A DNA stretch of 64,000 nt from Candidatus Bathyarchaeota archaeon (GCA_025059045.1 JANXEA010000010.1:53324-117323); one strand, 5' to 3'. Counted from the stretch's first letter, positions 1-10,420 are shown. The notes: generated by a model from the letters alone, not told the origin. Numbers and translations: made by a program.

Positions 1-105
1 ACACCTGAATTCGCGGAGAAGATAGGCGCTGATGCCGCTGCAAGAGACGCGGTCGACGGAGTCCGCATATGTAATGAGTGGATGAAGGAAAAGGCGCGAA
101 GCTGA
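1..105 (+). CDS. C-terminal end of a corrinoid (B12-binding) methyltransferase protein, 5'-truncated by the window
   Basis: Frame 1 reads TPEFAEKIGADAAARDAVDGVRICNEWMKEKARS*, matching the ..IGAD.YA.DA..AV tail of MtaC/MttC-type B12-binding domains. Confidence 0.75.
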   Translation, partial: TPEFAEKIGADAAARDAVDGVRICNEWMKEKARS

Positions 106-113
106 GGATTCCA

Positions 114-698
114 TCATAAGTATTTTTTGTACCGTGGGTTGTCTCTAAGGACCGGTTTCCCCTTCTCTTCAACCACTATTTTGGCGAAACCCCTCTCCTT
201 TATCGTCTCATAGTCGTGTCCTGAATCCGACGGGTAAATAGCCAGAAAAACTAGTTCTTCTTTACCAGTGTTAACTGTGCGATGCGCCATTCCAGGCGGG
301 ATGTAGACCAAAACGTTCGGCTCGATCTTAGCTTGGGCAATCTCTTCATCACGGCTCTGCATAAGAATCAGCCCTTCGCCTCGGATTCCAAGATAGACTT
401 CACATGTGTTATCTTTCTCATGATAGTGGCCCTTCGTGAAGTAGTATTCATCGCCAATCTTCCCGGGATAAATCACCGTGCACCCCACGTTGAAAAGCCC
501 CTCAGCTGGTTCACGTGGAATCTCATACACCTCGTATATAAGCGGGTCCTTTCCCTCCTTCAGGATCCTCCCTACGGTTTCCTCATCAGAGAAGTATCCT
601 AGAAGGTCGCTGAGCCGTCTCTCCACCTTCACACTGTAAGGGTGAATTCCAGTAGGCCCCCCAATTTTCGCAGAATACGGCTTTCCCTCAACGTTCAA
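114..698 (-). CDS. pgiA: Cupin-type glucose-6-phosphate isomerase
   Basis: TKGHYH, EVY, AHRTVNTG and GHDY cupin-PGI motifs; likely TTG start at 698 (ORF track start 761). Confidence 0.85.
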   Translation of the reverse strand: MNVEGKPYSAKIGGPTGIHPYSVKVERRLSDLLGYFSDEETVGRILKEGKDPLIYEVYEIPREPAEGLFNVGCTVIYPGKIGDEYYFTKGHYHEKDNTCEVYLGIRGEGLILMQSRDEEIAQAKIEPNVLVYIPPGMAHRTVNTGKEELVFLAIYPSDSGHDYETIKERGFAKIVVEEKGKPVLRDNPRYKKYL

Positions 699-809
699 TT
701 TAATCCCTTTCCCCTCACCTTGTCTACTGTTTAATATAAATAACTTTTGAGTAGAGAACATGTTTTATTTTTCCTCTCGGCAAAAGGGTTACGCACATAT
801 ATGTGTAAT

Positions 810-1442
810 TCATGTCTCGCGTAGACTACTCACATACTCTCTTATTTCAGCCGCTTTGTCCGCAGACAGCATACCCATTCCTAAAAGATTTTCCACTATT
901 TCAGATATCGTTGTGATTGAGGTAACAGTGTACCCGAGCCCCTCCAGTCTCTCCCTGCCTCCCTGCTCTCTATCAACTATTACGAGAACCGCCTCGATTC
1001 TTCCCCCCATAGACTCAATCGGCCTCATTCCTTCGATCTTCGATTCCCCATCTGTTAAGACATCGTCGAAGAAGAGGAAGCGATCGCCTTCCTCGACCAC
1101 TCCGCCCGCAATTCGGCCAGTTGAACCGTATGCTTTCTCCTCCTTCCTCACTACTATGCATGGCATGTTCAGCTTAGAGGCAACACTTGGCAGGACCAAT
1201 GCGCCCTTAAGCTCTATTGTCGCCAGCTTATTTATTGGCGATGAGCATGCAACCTTTCTAATGTGGGATGCAACAATGTTGACGACATTGTTGAAGTCGG
1301 CTGGAGAGGATAGAAGCCAAGCTAGGTCAATGTAGTAAGGGCTGACAACGCCTGATTTCAATTTGAATTTTCCAAGCCTGAAGGCACCTGAAACGGCTAA
1401 AGATCTCGCAATACTAACTGTTTCATCGTCCACATTTTCCAC
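810..1442 (-). CDS. pyrE: Orotate phosphoribosyltransferase
   Basis: FKLKSGVVSPYYIDL, RKEEKAYG and FDDVLTDGES PRPP-binding loop. Confidence 0.9.
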   Translation of the reverse strand: MENVDDETVSIARSLAVSGAFRLGKFKLKSGVVSPYYIDLAWLLSSPADFNNVVNIVASHIRKVACSSPINKLATIELKGALVLPSVASKLNMPCIVVRKEEKAYGSTGRIAGGVVEEGDRFLFFDDVLTDGESKIEGMRPIESMGGRIEAVLVIVDREQGGRERLEGLGYTVTSITTISEIVENLLGMGMLSADKAAEIREYVSSLRET

Positions 1443-1477
1443 CTGCTAAAGGACAATCGACCAGCGGGTTTAAAGAC

Positions 1478-3202
1478 TTATCTTCCTGCATAATGTTTGG
1501 CGCCGTTTAATCCTGCCAACTGGATTCGAGCCTTCTTTTCGAATTGTCTTAGGTAAATGCTCCTCACTTTTCCAATTGTGTCAGCTTCCTCTGGCTTCTT
1601 GTCATCTCTTATTCTAGTTATTCTTGCAAATCTAAGAGCCATGCCGCATTTGTATTTTGGGCTTTCCTGTATTTCGTTATATGCTACCTCAACAACGATC
1701 TTCGGGGATACGATGACCTTATGTCCATCCTCGTATAATGCAATCTCTTTAAGCCTCTGCGTCATCTCCTCAATCTCATGGTCAGTCAGTCCCTTGAACG
1801 TCTTCCCCACCGTTAAGAACTCGCCGCTTTCTTCGTCTCTTGCGGCAAGGTAATAGTCTGAGAGCCATTTATGCCTCTTTCCATATCCATACTCAGCCGC
1901 AACTATCACCAGATCTAATGGCTCCAAGACCTCCTTTATTTTGAGCCAGAATTTGCCCCGTGCACCCAGGATATATGGGCTGTCTAGTCTCTTAGCCATC
2001 AAGCCTTCATGACCTCTAGAAATCGACTCACTAAGAAATCTTTGAGCAACCTGCACGTTGTCAGCCACAATCTGCTCTGTCAACGGTATATCTCCGGCTA
2101 TCTCCTGCAGCCTTCTTCTCCGTTCATGGTAGGGCATGTCTATGAGACTTTGACCCTCAACAGAGATGACGTCGAATAGAAAAAGCTTAACTGGAATTTT
2201 TTCAATGACCGAGTCTACGTCTTTGATCCTTTTGAAGCGTCGCATAAGATGCTGGAATGGTAATGGGCTGCCGTCTTTTCCGATGGCGATTACTTCACCC
2301 TCCACTATCGCCTCCTCAGCCCTTATCTCCCTACGTATTAGCTGAACAATCTCCGGTAAGCTCCCCGTTATCTCGGTCAGTCTTCTACTGAATATCATGA
2401 CCCGCCCCTTTGATTTGTGAATCTGAACCCTCGCTCCGTCAAGTTTGAACTCAAGCGCGGTCTTTCCCCCATGCTCCTCCAAAGCCTCCTCTAGACTGTT
2501 CGCGGTCTGAGCGAGCATAGGTCTAAAAGGCCTGAAAACTTTGAAGCCTATTCTTGAAAGCGCGTCTAAGCCCTTCGTCCGGCAGATCTCGGCAACCTCC
2601 CCTATGTCCCCCATTATCATCGTTGCTTTTTGCACGGTCTCTAGCGGAATAGAGAAGGCCTTTGCCACCGCTGACTCCATTAGACCCTCGCTGAAACCAG
2701 TTCTCATCTCCCCAATTATTATTTTCACAAGGTATTTCACTTCGATAGGCGATGCACGTGCGAGAAGTGCTTCGATAAGACGCTCCTTCTTCTCCCTTGA
2801 ACCTGAGCCAGTCGCCTCTGCAACAGCATCGAACACTTGCCTAACATCAAGTATGGAGAGAGGGCTCTCGAGGAGCACCGTCTGCCTTGCCTTCACACCT
2901 CTCTCAAACAGTTTCTGAGATGCAGCTCCAATGTCTCCTGTCTCCCTGAAAGCGGCTAAAAAATCATTCCAGCTAACACCCATCAAATTCCTGATTATGC
3001 CGCTCAGCGTTTCCCAGCTCACGTCTAATTCTCTCTGATCCCATCTCGGAAATGGTCTGCCCAGCATCATGGAGATCGCAGGCTCGACTTCCTTAGGCTC
3101 AAGCGTTCTTATAAAATCCGCCGCGATAATGATTGCCAAATTGCGTCGTGTTGTTGCCGATATCCTCTCGCAGACGTCTGTTAGAGCCTTAAACCTTGTC
3201 AT
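1478..3202 (-). CDS. lig: ATP-dependent DNA ligase
   Basis: EFKLDGAR adenylation motif, EGLMAK, WLKIK, ALRFARI OB-fold motif. Confidence 0.97.
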   Translation of the reverse strand: MTRFKALTDVCERISATTRRNLAIIIAADFIRTLEPKEVEPAISMMLGRPFPRWDQRELDVSWETLSGIIRNLMGVSWNDFLAAFRETGDIGAASQKLFERGVKARQTVLLESPLSILDVRQVFDAVAEATGSGSREKKERLIEALLARASPIEVKYLVKIIIGEMRTGFSEGLMESAVAKAFSIPLETVQKATMIMGDIGEVAEICRTKGLDALSRIGFKVFRPFRPMLAQTANSLEEALEEHGGKTALEFKLDGARVQIHKSKGRVMIFSRRLTEITGSLPEIVQLIRREIRAEEAIVEGEVIAIGKDGSPLPFQHLMRRFKRIKDVDSVIEKIPVKLFLFDVISVEGQSLIDMPYHERRRRLQEIAGDIPLTEQIVADNVQVAQRFLSESISRGHEGLMAKRLDSPYILGARGKFWLKIKEVLEPLDLVIVAAEYGYGKRHKWLSDYYLAARDEESGEFLTVGKTFKGLTDHEIEEMTQRLKEIALYEDGHKVIVSPKIVVEVAYNEIQESPKYKCGMALRFARITRIRDDKKPEEADTIGKVRSIYLRQFEKKARIQLAGLNGAKHYAGR

Positions 3203-3291
3203 GAGGTATCAGCCAAGTTAAGCGTTGGGGCCGGTGAACATTCTTAAGCTGTACTTGAAACTCTTCGACCCCTAGAGTAAAAGATTGGATG

Positions 3292-4203
3292 CTATTGCCA
3301 TATCTTGTCTATCTCTGCGTGTATTTCACGCTTCGTCTTTTCAAACTCCTCTAATGAGAGTTCTCCAAGCTTGTAGCGTGTTTGAAGTGTTTCAAGCGTT
3401 TCTCTCAATTCTTTCTCCTTTTCTTTTCTTTCCCTAGTAAGGGATTCCAGAAGGTTTAGTGTATCATCGATTCCAGGCTTAACGATATTATATGTTTCCT
3501 CTGATATCTTTCCATCTCTAAAGGACTTTTCTAAAGCTTCTTTAAACGCTTTAAGATTTGTCTCCATGCTGAGAATATCAGCGGCTTTCTTTTGGCCGAG
3601 GATTTTTTCCAGCACCTCAACTTCCGCCCTAAGATCTTTTATGGATTCCTCAAGATTTTTCTGTTCTGCCTTCAACCCTTCAGACTTCTGACTAAAAGTC
3701 TCAGCGTCGATCTCGCCTACCTTCCTACGGATCTCGATCTCCTCAAGTGACACTGCAATCTCACTCAACCTAACGTTTTTCTCGTCCAGAGACTTCTTTA
3801 ACTCATTGATCATGTTAGTTCTCTTGCTTAAAAGACCGCTAAGCCTTTCCGAGTATTCTCTATACAGTTTGAGAAAAACCCTCTCGGACACCTGATTTGA
3901 CTGAAACAATCCTAAAAGTGCTACTCTTCTCTCATATAAAGCCGCGATTTCAGCCATTAGAGCTGCTGCCTCCTCTTTCCCGCCACCAGCTGGAGGCACT
4001 TTTGACGAGGCTTGAACCTGCATCCTTGTTGTTGGAGGAGGAACAGTCGGCGGTACTGGAGGCAAAGGCTCTCCAGGTCTGACTAAGGGCGGAGCATACT
4101 GCGGCAGCTTTGTTCCACAATATATGCAGTATCTCATAGCAGGCGCGAGTCTACCGCATCCTGGGCACCTGACTTTCTGCTCTTCATGTTCAGACACGGG
4201 CAT
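3292..4203 (-). CDS. Zinc-ribbon, Pro-rich, CdvA-like coiled-coil protein
   Basis: CPGCG..YCIYCG ribbon, PPVPPTVPPP linker, repeated GEI(S/D)EE(Y/F)-type helical hairpins. Confidence 0.6.
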   Translation of the reverse strand: MPVSEHEEQKVRCPGCGRLAPAMRYCIYCGTKLPQYAPPLVRPGEPLPPVPPTVPPPTTRMQVQASSKVPPAGGGKEEAAALMAEIAALYERRVALLGLFQSNQVSERVFLKLYREYSERLSGLLSKRTNMINELKKSLDEKNVRLSEIAVSLEEIEIRRKVGEIDAETFSQKSEGLKAEQKNLEESIKDLRAEVEVLEKILGQKKAADILSMETNLKAFKEALEKSFRDGKISEETYNIVKPGIDDTLNLLESLTRERKEKEKELRETLETLQTRYKLGELSLEEFEKTKREIHAEIDKIWQ

Positions 4204-4303
4204 TCCCCAACGTTAATGAGGATCAGCAATATATTAAGGTTAATGGTCTAAGATTAGTTATAACTGGTCTAAAATCTCGACTAATGTCTTAGGAGGAAAC
4301 TTA

Positions 4304-4678
4304 ATGGGTAGCGGCTACATCGACCTGAGAAGGGCTTTAAGGGATTACCTGCGAGATCAAGAGGTCACTGTCTCAGACATACTTGATCTGATGGATGAGG
4401 AGAAGGAGGGGATTATGGATGCGCTTGCAAAGAGAGTTAGACTATCGAGAGAGCAGAGGAAGGCTTTAGAACGAAACGTCTCTAGCCGCGATCTAAATCT
4501 GCTGCTATTCGTGATCCAAGCCTTCTATCTGCTGAACCCCTCAGGAATGTATAAGGGTCTCATGATTGAGCCTTCGAGGGAGGACGTGGTCTCCGGCGAT
4601 ATGGTCACATATGAAGGTTGCCTGAGGATTCTTAAGGCTCTCAAGATTTCCACAGACGCATTGGAAGACTTGGCCTAA
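4304..4678 (+). CDS. Hypothetical protein
   Basis: 124-aa ORF with AGGAGG SD upstream, fills the gap between two minus-strand genes. Confidence 0.7.
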   Translation: MGSGYIDLRRALRDYLRDQEVTVSDILDLMDEEKEGIMDALAKRVRLSREQRKALERNVSSRDLNLLLFVIQAFYLLNPSGMYKGLMIEPSREDVVSGDMVTYEGCLRILKALKISTDALEDLA

Positions 4679-5844
4679 TGGATTTCTATGGTGTCCCCAT
4701 CCTTCAAAATATGGTCAGGACCGACCTTCTGTCCCGGATACTTCACGCTAGATCCCCAGACTCTAGCATAACTGAATCTCTCATAGAGAGTGGAGTGGAG
4801 TCTGCGAGCCGCCTCAATAACAGTTGTCCCCTCCTCAAGGATCACCGGCTTCTTCGACGGCTCCTTCTCCCAGGGCTCCTTAGCATAAACCCTGATTATC
4901 CTTAACATTTGAAAAATATTCCTTCCAATATCTTCAAGCCCTCTTCCATCCCTGCACGACGTAGCCAAGACAGGAATGCTTAAGCCAAGTTCCCTTTTCA
5001 ATTGCTCCGCCTTCTCCTCTGCGCCGGGCATGTCAACTTTATTCGCGATCAACAAGGTTGGCTTGTAAATGTTACTTGAGAATAAACTGCCTTCGATATC
5101 GTCTAAGGAGACTTTTCCACGAATCCTGATGAGGGCTGATCTTATTCCGTAACCCTGAACTAATCTCTTGACTTCTTCAGGGGTGCAGTTTACTAGTACG
5201 CCGCCTCCGATGATATGGATTCCGGCATTTGCCGCCCTCCTAATGATCTCAACCTCGCCCTCAGGCTTTTCAATGATCATTCCAACGTTTTCCAGCTCAG
5301 ACTTGATTGTCAAGAATTGGTCGAAGGGGTCATTTGACAAGTCTACCATAATGATGAGGCCGTCAGCATTCCTAGCAAGCCCAAGTATCTGGGGACCATG
5401 CATCTTCCCCTCCGCTGCACCTCGAACCAGAGCTGGCGCCTCGATGAGTTGGAACTGCACGTCGCAGTATTGTAGCATTCCGACAACGGGTTTCTGGGTT
5501 GTGAATGGTATATCGGATATTTCTGGTTTAGCATTCGTCAGTGAAGAGAGAAGGCTGCTTCGACCCACATTCGTGGGCCCCAATATTATAATCTGACCCG
5601 CCCCCTCCTTTGGCACAGAGAAATCCAGCCCAGAGCCACCTCTCCTTCTCTCCCTATCCCTCTCAAGTTCCCGTTCCAAAACCGAAATTCTATGCTTAAC
5701 ATTGGCTATGAGCTTGCTTGTCCCCTTATGCTTCGGCACAAGAGAGAGGAACTCCCGCATCAACCGCACTTTTTCCGCTGGTGAGCGTGCAGCTACAACT
5801 TCAGCCCATTTTGCCTTGGCCTCTGCTGGCAGGTTTGTGACCAT
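4675..5844 (-). CDS. DRG/Obg-family GTP-binding protein with C-terminal TGS domain
   Basis: PKHKGTSKL, VPKEGAGQ, PFTT (G2), NKVD (G4), ARVWGSSVKYPGQKVG..LKDGD TGS; G1 and G3 are variant. Confidence 0.9.
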   Translation of the reverse strand: MVTNLPAEAKAKWAEVVAARSPAEKVRLMREFLSLVPKHKGTSKLIANVKHRISVLERELERDRERRRGGSGLDFSVPKEGAGQIIILGPTNVGRSSLLSSLTNAKPEISDIPFTTQKPVVGMLQYCDVQFQLIEAPALVRGAAEGKMHGPQILGLARNADGLIIMVDLSNDPFDQFLTIKSELENVGMIIEKPEGEVEIIRRAANAGIHIIGGGVLVNCTPEEVKRLVQGYGIRSALIRIRGKVSLDDIEGSLFSSNIYKPTLLIANKVDMPGAEEKAEQLKRELGLSIPVLATSCRDGRGLEDIGRNIFQMLRIIRVYAKEPWEKEPSKKPVILEEGTTVIEAARRLHSTLYERFSYARVWGSSVKYPGQKVGPDHILKDGDTIEIH

Positions 5845-5937
5845 TTCTATCGACGTCCAGCCTCGAAACCCCTACTTATAAAGGAAAATTACTTACTGAG
5901 AGATAAATTTAGATGCATCTGGTGAGAGAGGCGGCTG

Positions 5938-7161
5938 CTATCCTGCTTCCACTTTTACTCCATCGCCGGCCCTTGATATCCAGCCTTGCTTGGCCCCCGC
6001 TGAGACACATTCAAAGATAACTTTTTTGCCCACTTTCTCATCTTTCACCAAGGCGATTATGCTTCCTCCCATCCCGGCCCCGGAGATCTTGGCTCCGTAG
6101 GCTCCAGCCTCAATCGCCGCTGAGCAGATGTCATCAATCTTTGGGATGCTGACATCATACAGGTCTCTTAGGAGAGACTGCTGATAATTCATGACTTCGC
6201 CTAGCACATGATAACTCATCTCTTCAGGTCTCACTCGCCTTATCTTTTCCCATGCCTCTTTTCCCAGGTTTGCCACTACCACATCTTTAGTTATAATCTC
6301 CGATCTTAGAACTTTCAGCGCAAGATCCGTCGACTTCTGCATCCTTAATGTGAAGAGAATCCTTCTCTTTGGCACTTCATCAAGATCGGTGAGGTAGTCT
6401 TTAATCTCCTCTTCTCGGATCTCCTCCCATTTCGGCTCGAAAAATCTGTGTCCAAGCCTAGACTTTAATATTTCAGGCACCCTTGGGTTCGCCATCAGCG
6501 ACCTAAGTCCCTGATCGATTTCAGCCTGTCTCTTAGGGTGTATCTCCGCAGTTGAGTGTCTCACCCCTGAGTCGACAATGGTGAAGACAAGATCCCTAAA
6601 TGGGAGAGATTCAACATTGTATGGCGGCCTGCATTCAAGCTTGATTATTCCGCCGAAGGCTACACCGTACTGGTCAAGTCTGCCGCATGGGATTCCAACC
6701 TCCTGATTCTCCGCATAAAATGATATTTCAGCCACATCCTTTATGTCCAAATCTAGACTGTTCATGCGGTTAAGAAGCTCTGTGAAGCCTACCTCCAGAG
6801 CCGCGCTGCTTGAGAGCCCTGACCCCACGGGGATATCGCTCTCTATTATCACATTTGCACCTCTTAGTTCTTCAGCTAGTCCACGCTTTATCAGCACATT
6901 GACTACTCCGCGTAGATAATTTCCGAAGAATTTTCCGGGAAGCATCTCATTAACGGCGACTTTGAACTCGTCCATATAGGGTTCTCCAAGCGATTCAAGA
7001 TCCCTAGATTTGACCGCTATAATCCTGTCCCCTCTCGGTTCTCCATATAGACGCATCCGTAAATTAATTGCGACTGGAACCACAGGTAACCCCTTATAAT
7101 CCTGATGCGTATTAAGGAAATCAGCTCTACCTGGGGTTGACACGATTAGCGGGTCGCCCAT
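5938..7161 (-). CDS. galK: Galactokinase-like GHMP sugar kinase
   Basis: PVGSGLSSSAA, CGRLDQ, GAKISGAGMGG; adjacent to galT; N-terminal sugar-binding motif is divergent. Confidence 0.75.
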   Translation of the reverse strand: MGDPLIVSTPGRADFLNTHQDYKGLPVVPVAINLRMRLYGEPRGDRIIAVKSRDLESLGEPYMDEFKVAVNEMLPGKFFGNYLRGVVNVLIKRGLAEELRGANVIIESDIPVGSGLSSSAALEVGFTELLNRMNSLDLDIKDVAEISFYAENQEVGIPCGRLDQYGVAFGGIIKLECRPPYNVESLPFRDLVFTIVDSGVRHSTAEIHPKRQAEIDQGLRSLMANPRVPEILKSRLGHRFFEPKWEEIREEEIKDYLTDLDEVPKRRILFTLRMQKSTDLALKVLRSEIITKDVVVANLGKEAWEKIRRVRPEEMSYHVLGEVMNYQQSLLRDLYDVSIPKIDDICSAAIEAGAYGAKISGAGMGGSIIALVKDEKVGKKVIFECVSAGAKQGWISRAGDGVKVEAG

Positions 7162-7255
7162 GCATAAGCCTCCGCCTCAGAGCCTCCTTAGTATTTCCTA
7201 GGCAGATTTAAAATCTATTTTTTATGCGAGTCCCTTTGGAATCGTCACCAGCGTG

Positions 7256-8209
7256 TCAGTCTTCAGGGCTTTTTCTAAGCTCCTCAGCCTTCATCTCTGG
7301 AGTGTAATCGTATGTGACTGTTCCAGCTCCGGTTTCCACACCTGCGAAATATTTTATCTTTCCCTTCTCGCGGTATGGAGGATAAAACTCGACATGAAAG
7401 TGGTAGTAGGGATAATCTTTGCCGTCTGTCGGCCTCTGATGTAGAGCCATCATATACGGGAAGCTCATATCGTAGAGATTATCAAATTTTCTCAGTATAC
7501 TTTTCAATATGCTTGCAAAGGACCATTTTTCTTCCTCCGTAAGGTCTATAATGGCCTGTATGTGCCTTTTCGGGTATATGTGAACCCCGAATGGCCAATG
7601 TGCAAAGAAAGGTAGAAAGCATATGAAGTCCTTATTTTCGCATACTACTCTAACCTTATCTTCTTTCTCCTTCTCAATTATCTTGCAGAATAGGCACTTC
7701 CCAGTTCTTTTCAGGTAATTTCTGCTAGATGATAGTTCACGCTGAATTATGGGTGGAACGAATGGGAAGGCGTAAAGCTGTCCGTGAGGATGATCCAAGG
7801 TCACGCCGATTATTCGACCCTTATTCTCGAAGATGAAAACATACTTGACGTATTCCAGCTTCTGCAGCTCTTCGAAACGTTCCCTCCAAAGGTCGATTAC
7901 GGCCTTTATATTCTCGACGCTTAGCTCCGAGAGAGATGTGTTATGTTCAGGCGTATAAACTATTACTTCACATATGCCTTCAGCCCGCCTACAACGATAA
8001 AGCCTGTCAAACTTGACGTCTGGAGGCGGGGCGTCCGGCCTTAGGGCTGGAAACTTGTTCGGTAAACTGAGCACGGTCCAGCCTTTTCCAGGCACCTCAT
8101 CAGCTCCTGGACAGAATGGGCAGTAACCCTCCGGAAGCAGAGGACGTACTCCCCTCTTGCCTGATACAATTATCCACTGAGATAGAATAGGATCCCACCT
8201 TAGCTCCAA
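7256..8209 (-). CDS. galT: Galactose-1-phosphate uridylyltransferase
   Basis: CPFCPG, NKFPAL, FENKG..GVTLDHPHGQ (HPH nucleophile), HFHVEFYPP. Confidence 0.93.
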   Translation of the reverse strand: MELRWDPILSQWIIVSGKRGVRPLLPEGYCPFCPGADEVPGKGWTVLSLPNKFPALRPDAPPPDVKFDRLYRCRRAEGICEVIVYTPEHNTSLSELSVENIKAVIDLWRERFEELQKLEYVKYVFIFENKGRIIGVTLDHPHGQLYAFPFVPPIIQRELSSSRNYLKRTGKCLFCKIIEKEKEDKVRVVCENKDFICFLPFFAHWPFGVHIYPKRHIQAIIDLTEEEKWSFASILKSILRKFDNLYDMSFPYMMALHQRPTDGKDYPYYHFHVEFYPPYREKGKIKYFAGVETGAGTVTYDYTPEMKAEELRKSPED

Positions 8210-8379
8210 TCGCTTACCTACATCCTCCTTTAAATTTTGACTGGAAGGATTCCGGGGCGAGTTCGCTTCTGTAAACTTTGTTTTATCCTCCAGCTATTTT
8301 TATCTTCTCACATTCTCTTGGCGGAGAGAATGTTTAATTAGATGACAATCCTCAAAGGGTTGGCAGGTGAACTTGAAGG

Positions 8380-9051
8380 ATGGGGCAGAGCGATTTTGAG
8401 GCGGTTATCTTCGACTGGGACGGGACTTTAGCGGACACGAAGGAGGTCGTGGTGCTCTCATTCCAGATGGTTCTAGCTGAGGTTGGATGCAGGATTAGTG
8501 ACAGATTTCTTGAGAGATTAATCGGGATCGGCGCACGGAACATGTTCAAGGAGGCTTTGGAAAGCGCAGGCATACCATTCGACGAAAAGATGATAAATGA
8601 TCTTTTGAGGAGGAAAACATCCATCCAGCTAGGTATGATCGACCGTGTTAGGCTTTTCGACGGCGCAATTGAGCTTCTAGATTCCCTACATGGAAGGTTG
8701 AGAATCGCGTTGGCAACTATGAGTAACCGCGAAGTAATAGAGAAGGCCATTGCAGCGATGGGGATTAAAAAATATTTCGATTTGGTGCTGACCGTGGATG
8801 AAGTCAAAAAACCTAAACCCGATCCAGAAGTCTTCCTAAAATGCGCAGAGAAGCTTGGTGTCCAACCGACAAAATGCGTGGTTATTGAAGATTCCGTTTT
8901 TGGCGTGATCGCGGCTAAGAGGGCTGGGATGAGATGCATCGCCGTCCTAACCGGAGCCTATGGGATGGAGGAACTTGTGAGGGAGAATCCCGACCTAACT
9001 GTCAAATCATTAATGGAGATTGAGAAAATTTTAGGTTTCATTCTAGGCTAA
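8380..9051 (+). CDS. HAD-superfamily phosphatase (beta-phosphoglucomutase-like)
   Basis: IFDWDGTLADT motif I, KPKPDPEVF, IEDSVFG. Confidence 0.88.
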   Translation: MGQSDFEAVIFDWDGTLADTKEVVVLSFQMVLAEVGCRISDRFLERLIGIGARNMFKEALESAGIPFDEKMINDLLRRKTSIQLGMIDRVRLFDGAIELLDSLHGRLRIALATMSNREVIEKAIAAMGIKKYFDLVLTVDEVKKPKPDPEVFLKCAEKLGVQPTKCVVIEDSVFGVIAAKRAGMRCIAVLTGAYGMEELVRENPDLTVKSLMEIEKILGFILG

Positions 9052-9163
9052 TAAAGGGTGGCGATTAAACACGTGGGATGCTCACGGCAACACCCTCTTG
9101 GGCTAAGTTTATTAAGACCCTAATCAGTAAGGATGGCTCATAATCCGACCGTGGCGTGGGTAC

Positions 9164-10420
9164 ATGACTTCGAAGAAGGATGAGGCTGCTAGGCCCGGAT
9201 TATCAAGGTCGAAATATATATTCGCCTCTATTATGATAAATTTATGCCTCGGAGCGGTTTATGCCTTCAGCATACTAGTTCCACCGCTTGAAGCTGAGTT
9301 TGGATGGAAGAGAATAGAGACTTCTCCCGCCTTTACCATAGCACTGCTAACCTTTGCTCTCTCTATGGTTCCGGCCGGGAAACTCCTAGATCGGAAGGGT
9401 CCAAGATTCGTGGCGACTGTTGGGGGTGTTCTACTCGGACTTGGTATGATCCTCTCTAGCTATACGGATTCACTTACATGGCTTTACTTGTCATACGGGT
9501 TTATAGTTGGGCTTGGTATAGGCTTCGCCTACGGCGCGCCCATCGCAACATGCAATAAATGGTTCCCTGATAAGAAGGGGTTAGCAACGGGGCTTGTTGT
9601 CTTCGGCTTCGGCGGCGGCTCCATAATATTTGCGCCATTATGGACCTCACTCATTGAATCCTTTGGATGGAGATACACTTTCACATTGACGGGAATACTT
9701 TTCACTGTTCTAACTGTCAGCCCAGCCCAGATTCTCAGGAACCCGCCGGAAGATTATAGACCAGGCGCCAAAGCTTTGGCTTCAGCATCTAAAGCGAAGA
9801 GGGATCTGAAACCTACCGAGATGATTCAAACATCAAAATTCTATCTTCTCTGGATCAGCTACCTATTCGGTACAACGGCAGGTCTGATGATAATTGGGCA
9901 AGCTAAGATGATGGCTATGGAACTTGCGAACATCGACAGCCTGCAAGCCTCATTCGCCGTCTCGATCCTAGGAGGCTTCAACGCGCTTGGCAGAATAATG
10001 TGGGGGTACATTGGAGACAAAGCTGGAAGGGAGACAACATTATCCGCCACTTTCCTCACCTGCACAGTCTCACTCTTATTAATCAGCACCATATTTGAGC
10101 CGGCAATATTCATCGCTGGTCTCTGCCTGATAGGCCTATGCTTCGGAGGCTTCCTTGCCCTCTACCCATCATTAACCTCAGACCACTATGGAAGCAGAAA
10201 CATGGGAATAAACTATGGGTTGCTCTTCACCGCTTATGGAGGCGGAAGCATCCTGGGACCGACACTAGCAAGTTACACAAGAACATACAATGGGTCATAC
10301 CTCCCAGCTCTGTATGCCTCAGCATTCTTAGCCCTCCTCGGAACAATCTTGGCATTAGTCCTCAAGATGAGAATCAAGACCGAACTGGATAAAAAATCCC
10401 AAGAGGATCGCCAAACTTAA
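9164..10420 (+). CDS. MFS transporter, oxalate/formate antiporter (OFA)-like
   Basis: About 12 hydrophobic segments, GKLLDRKGPR motif A, KWFPDKKGLATG, NYGLLFTAYG. Confidence 0.88.
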   Translation: MTSKKDEAARPGLSRSKYIFASIMINLCLGAVYAFSILVPPLEAEFGWKRIETSPAFTIALLTFALSMVPAGKLLDRKGPRFVATVGGVLLGLGMILSSYTDSLTWLYLSYGFIVGLGIGFAYGAPIATCNKWFPDKKGLATGLVVFGFGGGSIIFAPLWTSLIESFGWRYTFTLTGILFTVLTVSPAQILRNPPEDYRPGAKALASASKAKRDLKPTEMIQTSKFYLLWISYLFGTTAGLMIIGQAKMMAMELANIDSLQASFAVSILGGFNALGRIMWGYIGDKAGRETTLSATFLTCTVSLLLISTIFEPAIFIAGLCLIGLCFGGFLALYPSLTSDHYGSRNMGINYGLLFTAYGGGSILGPTLASYTRTYNGSYLPALYASAFLALLGTILALVLKMRIKTELDKKSQEDRQT

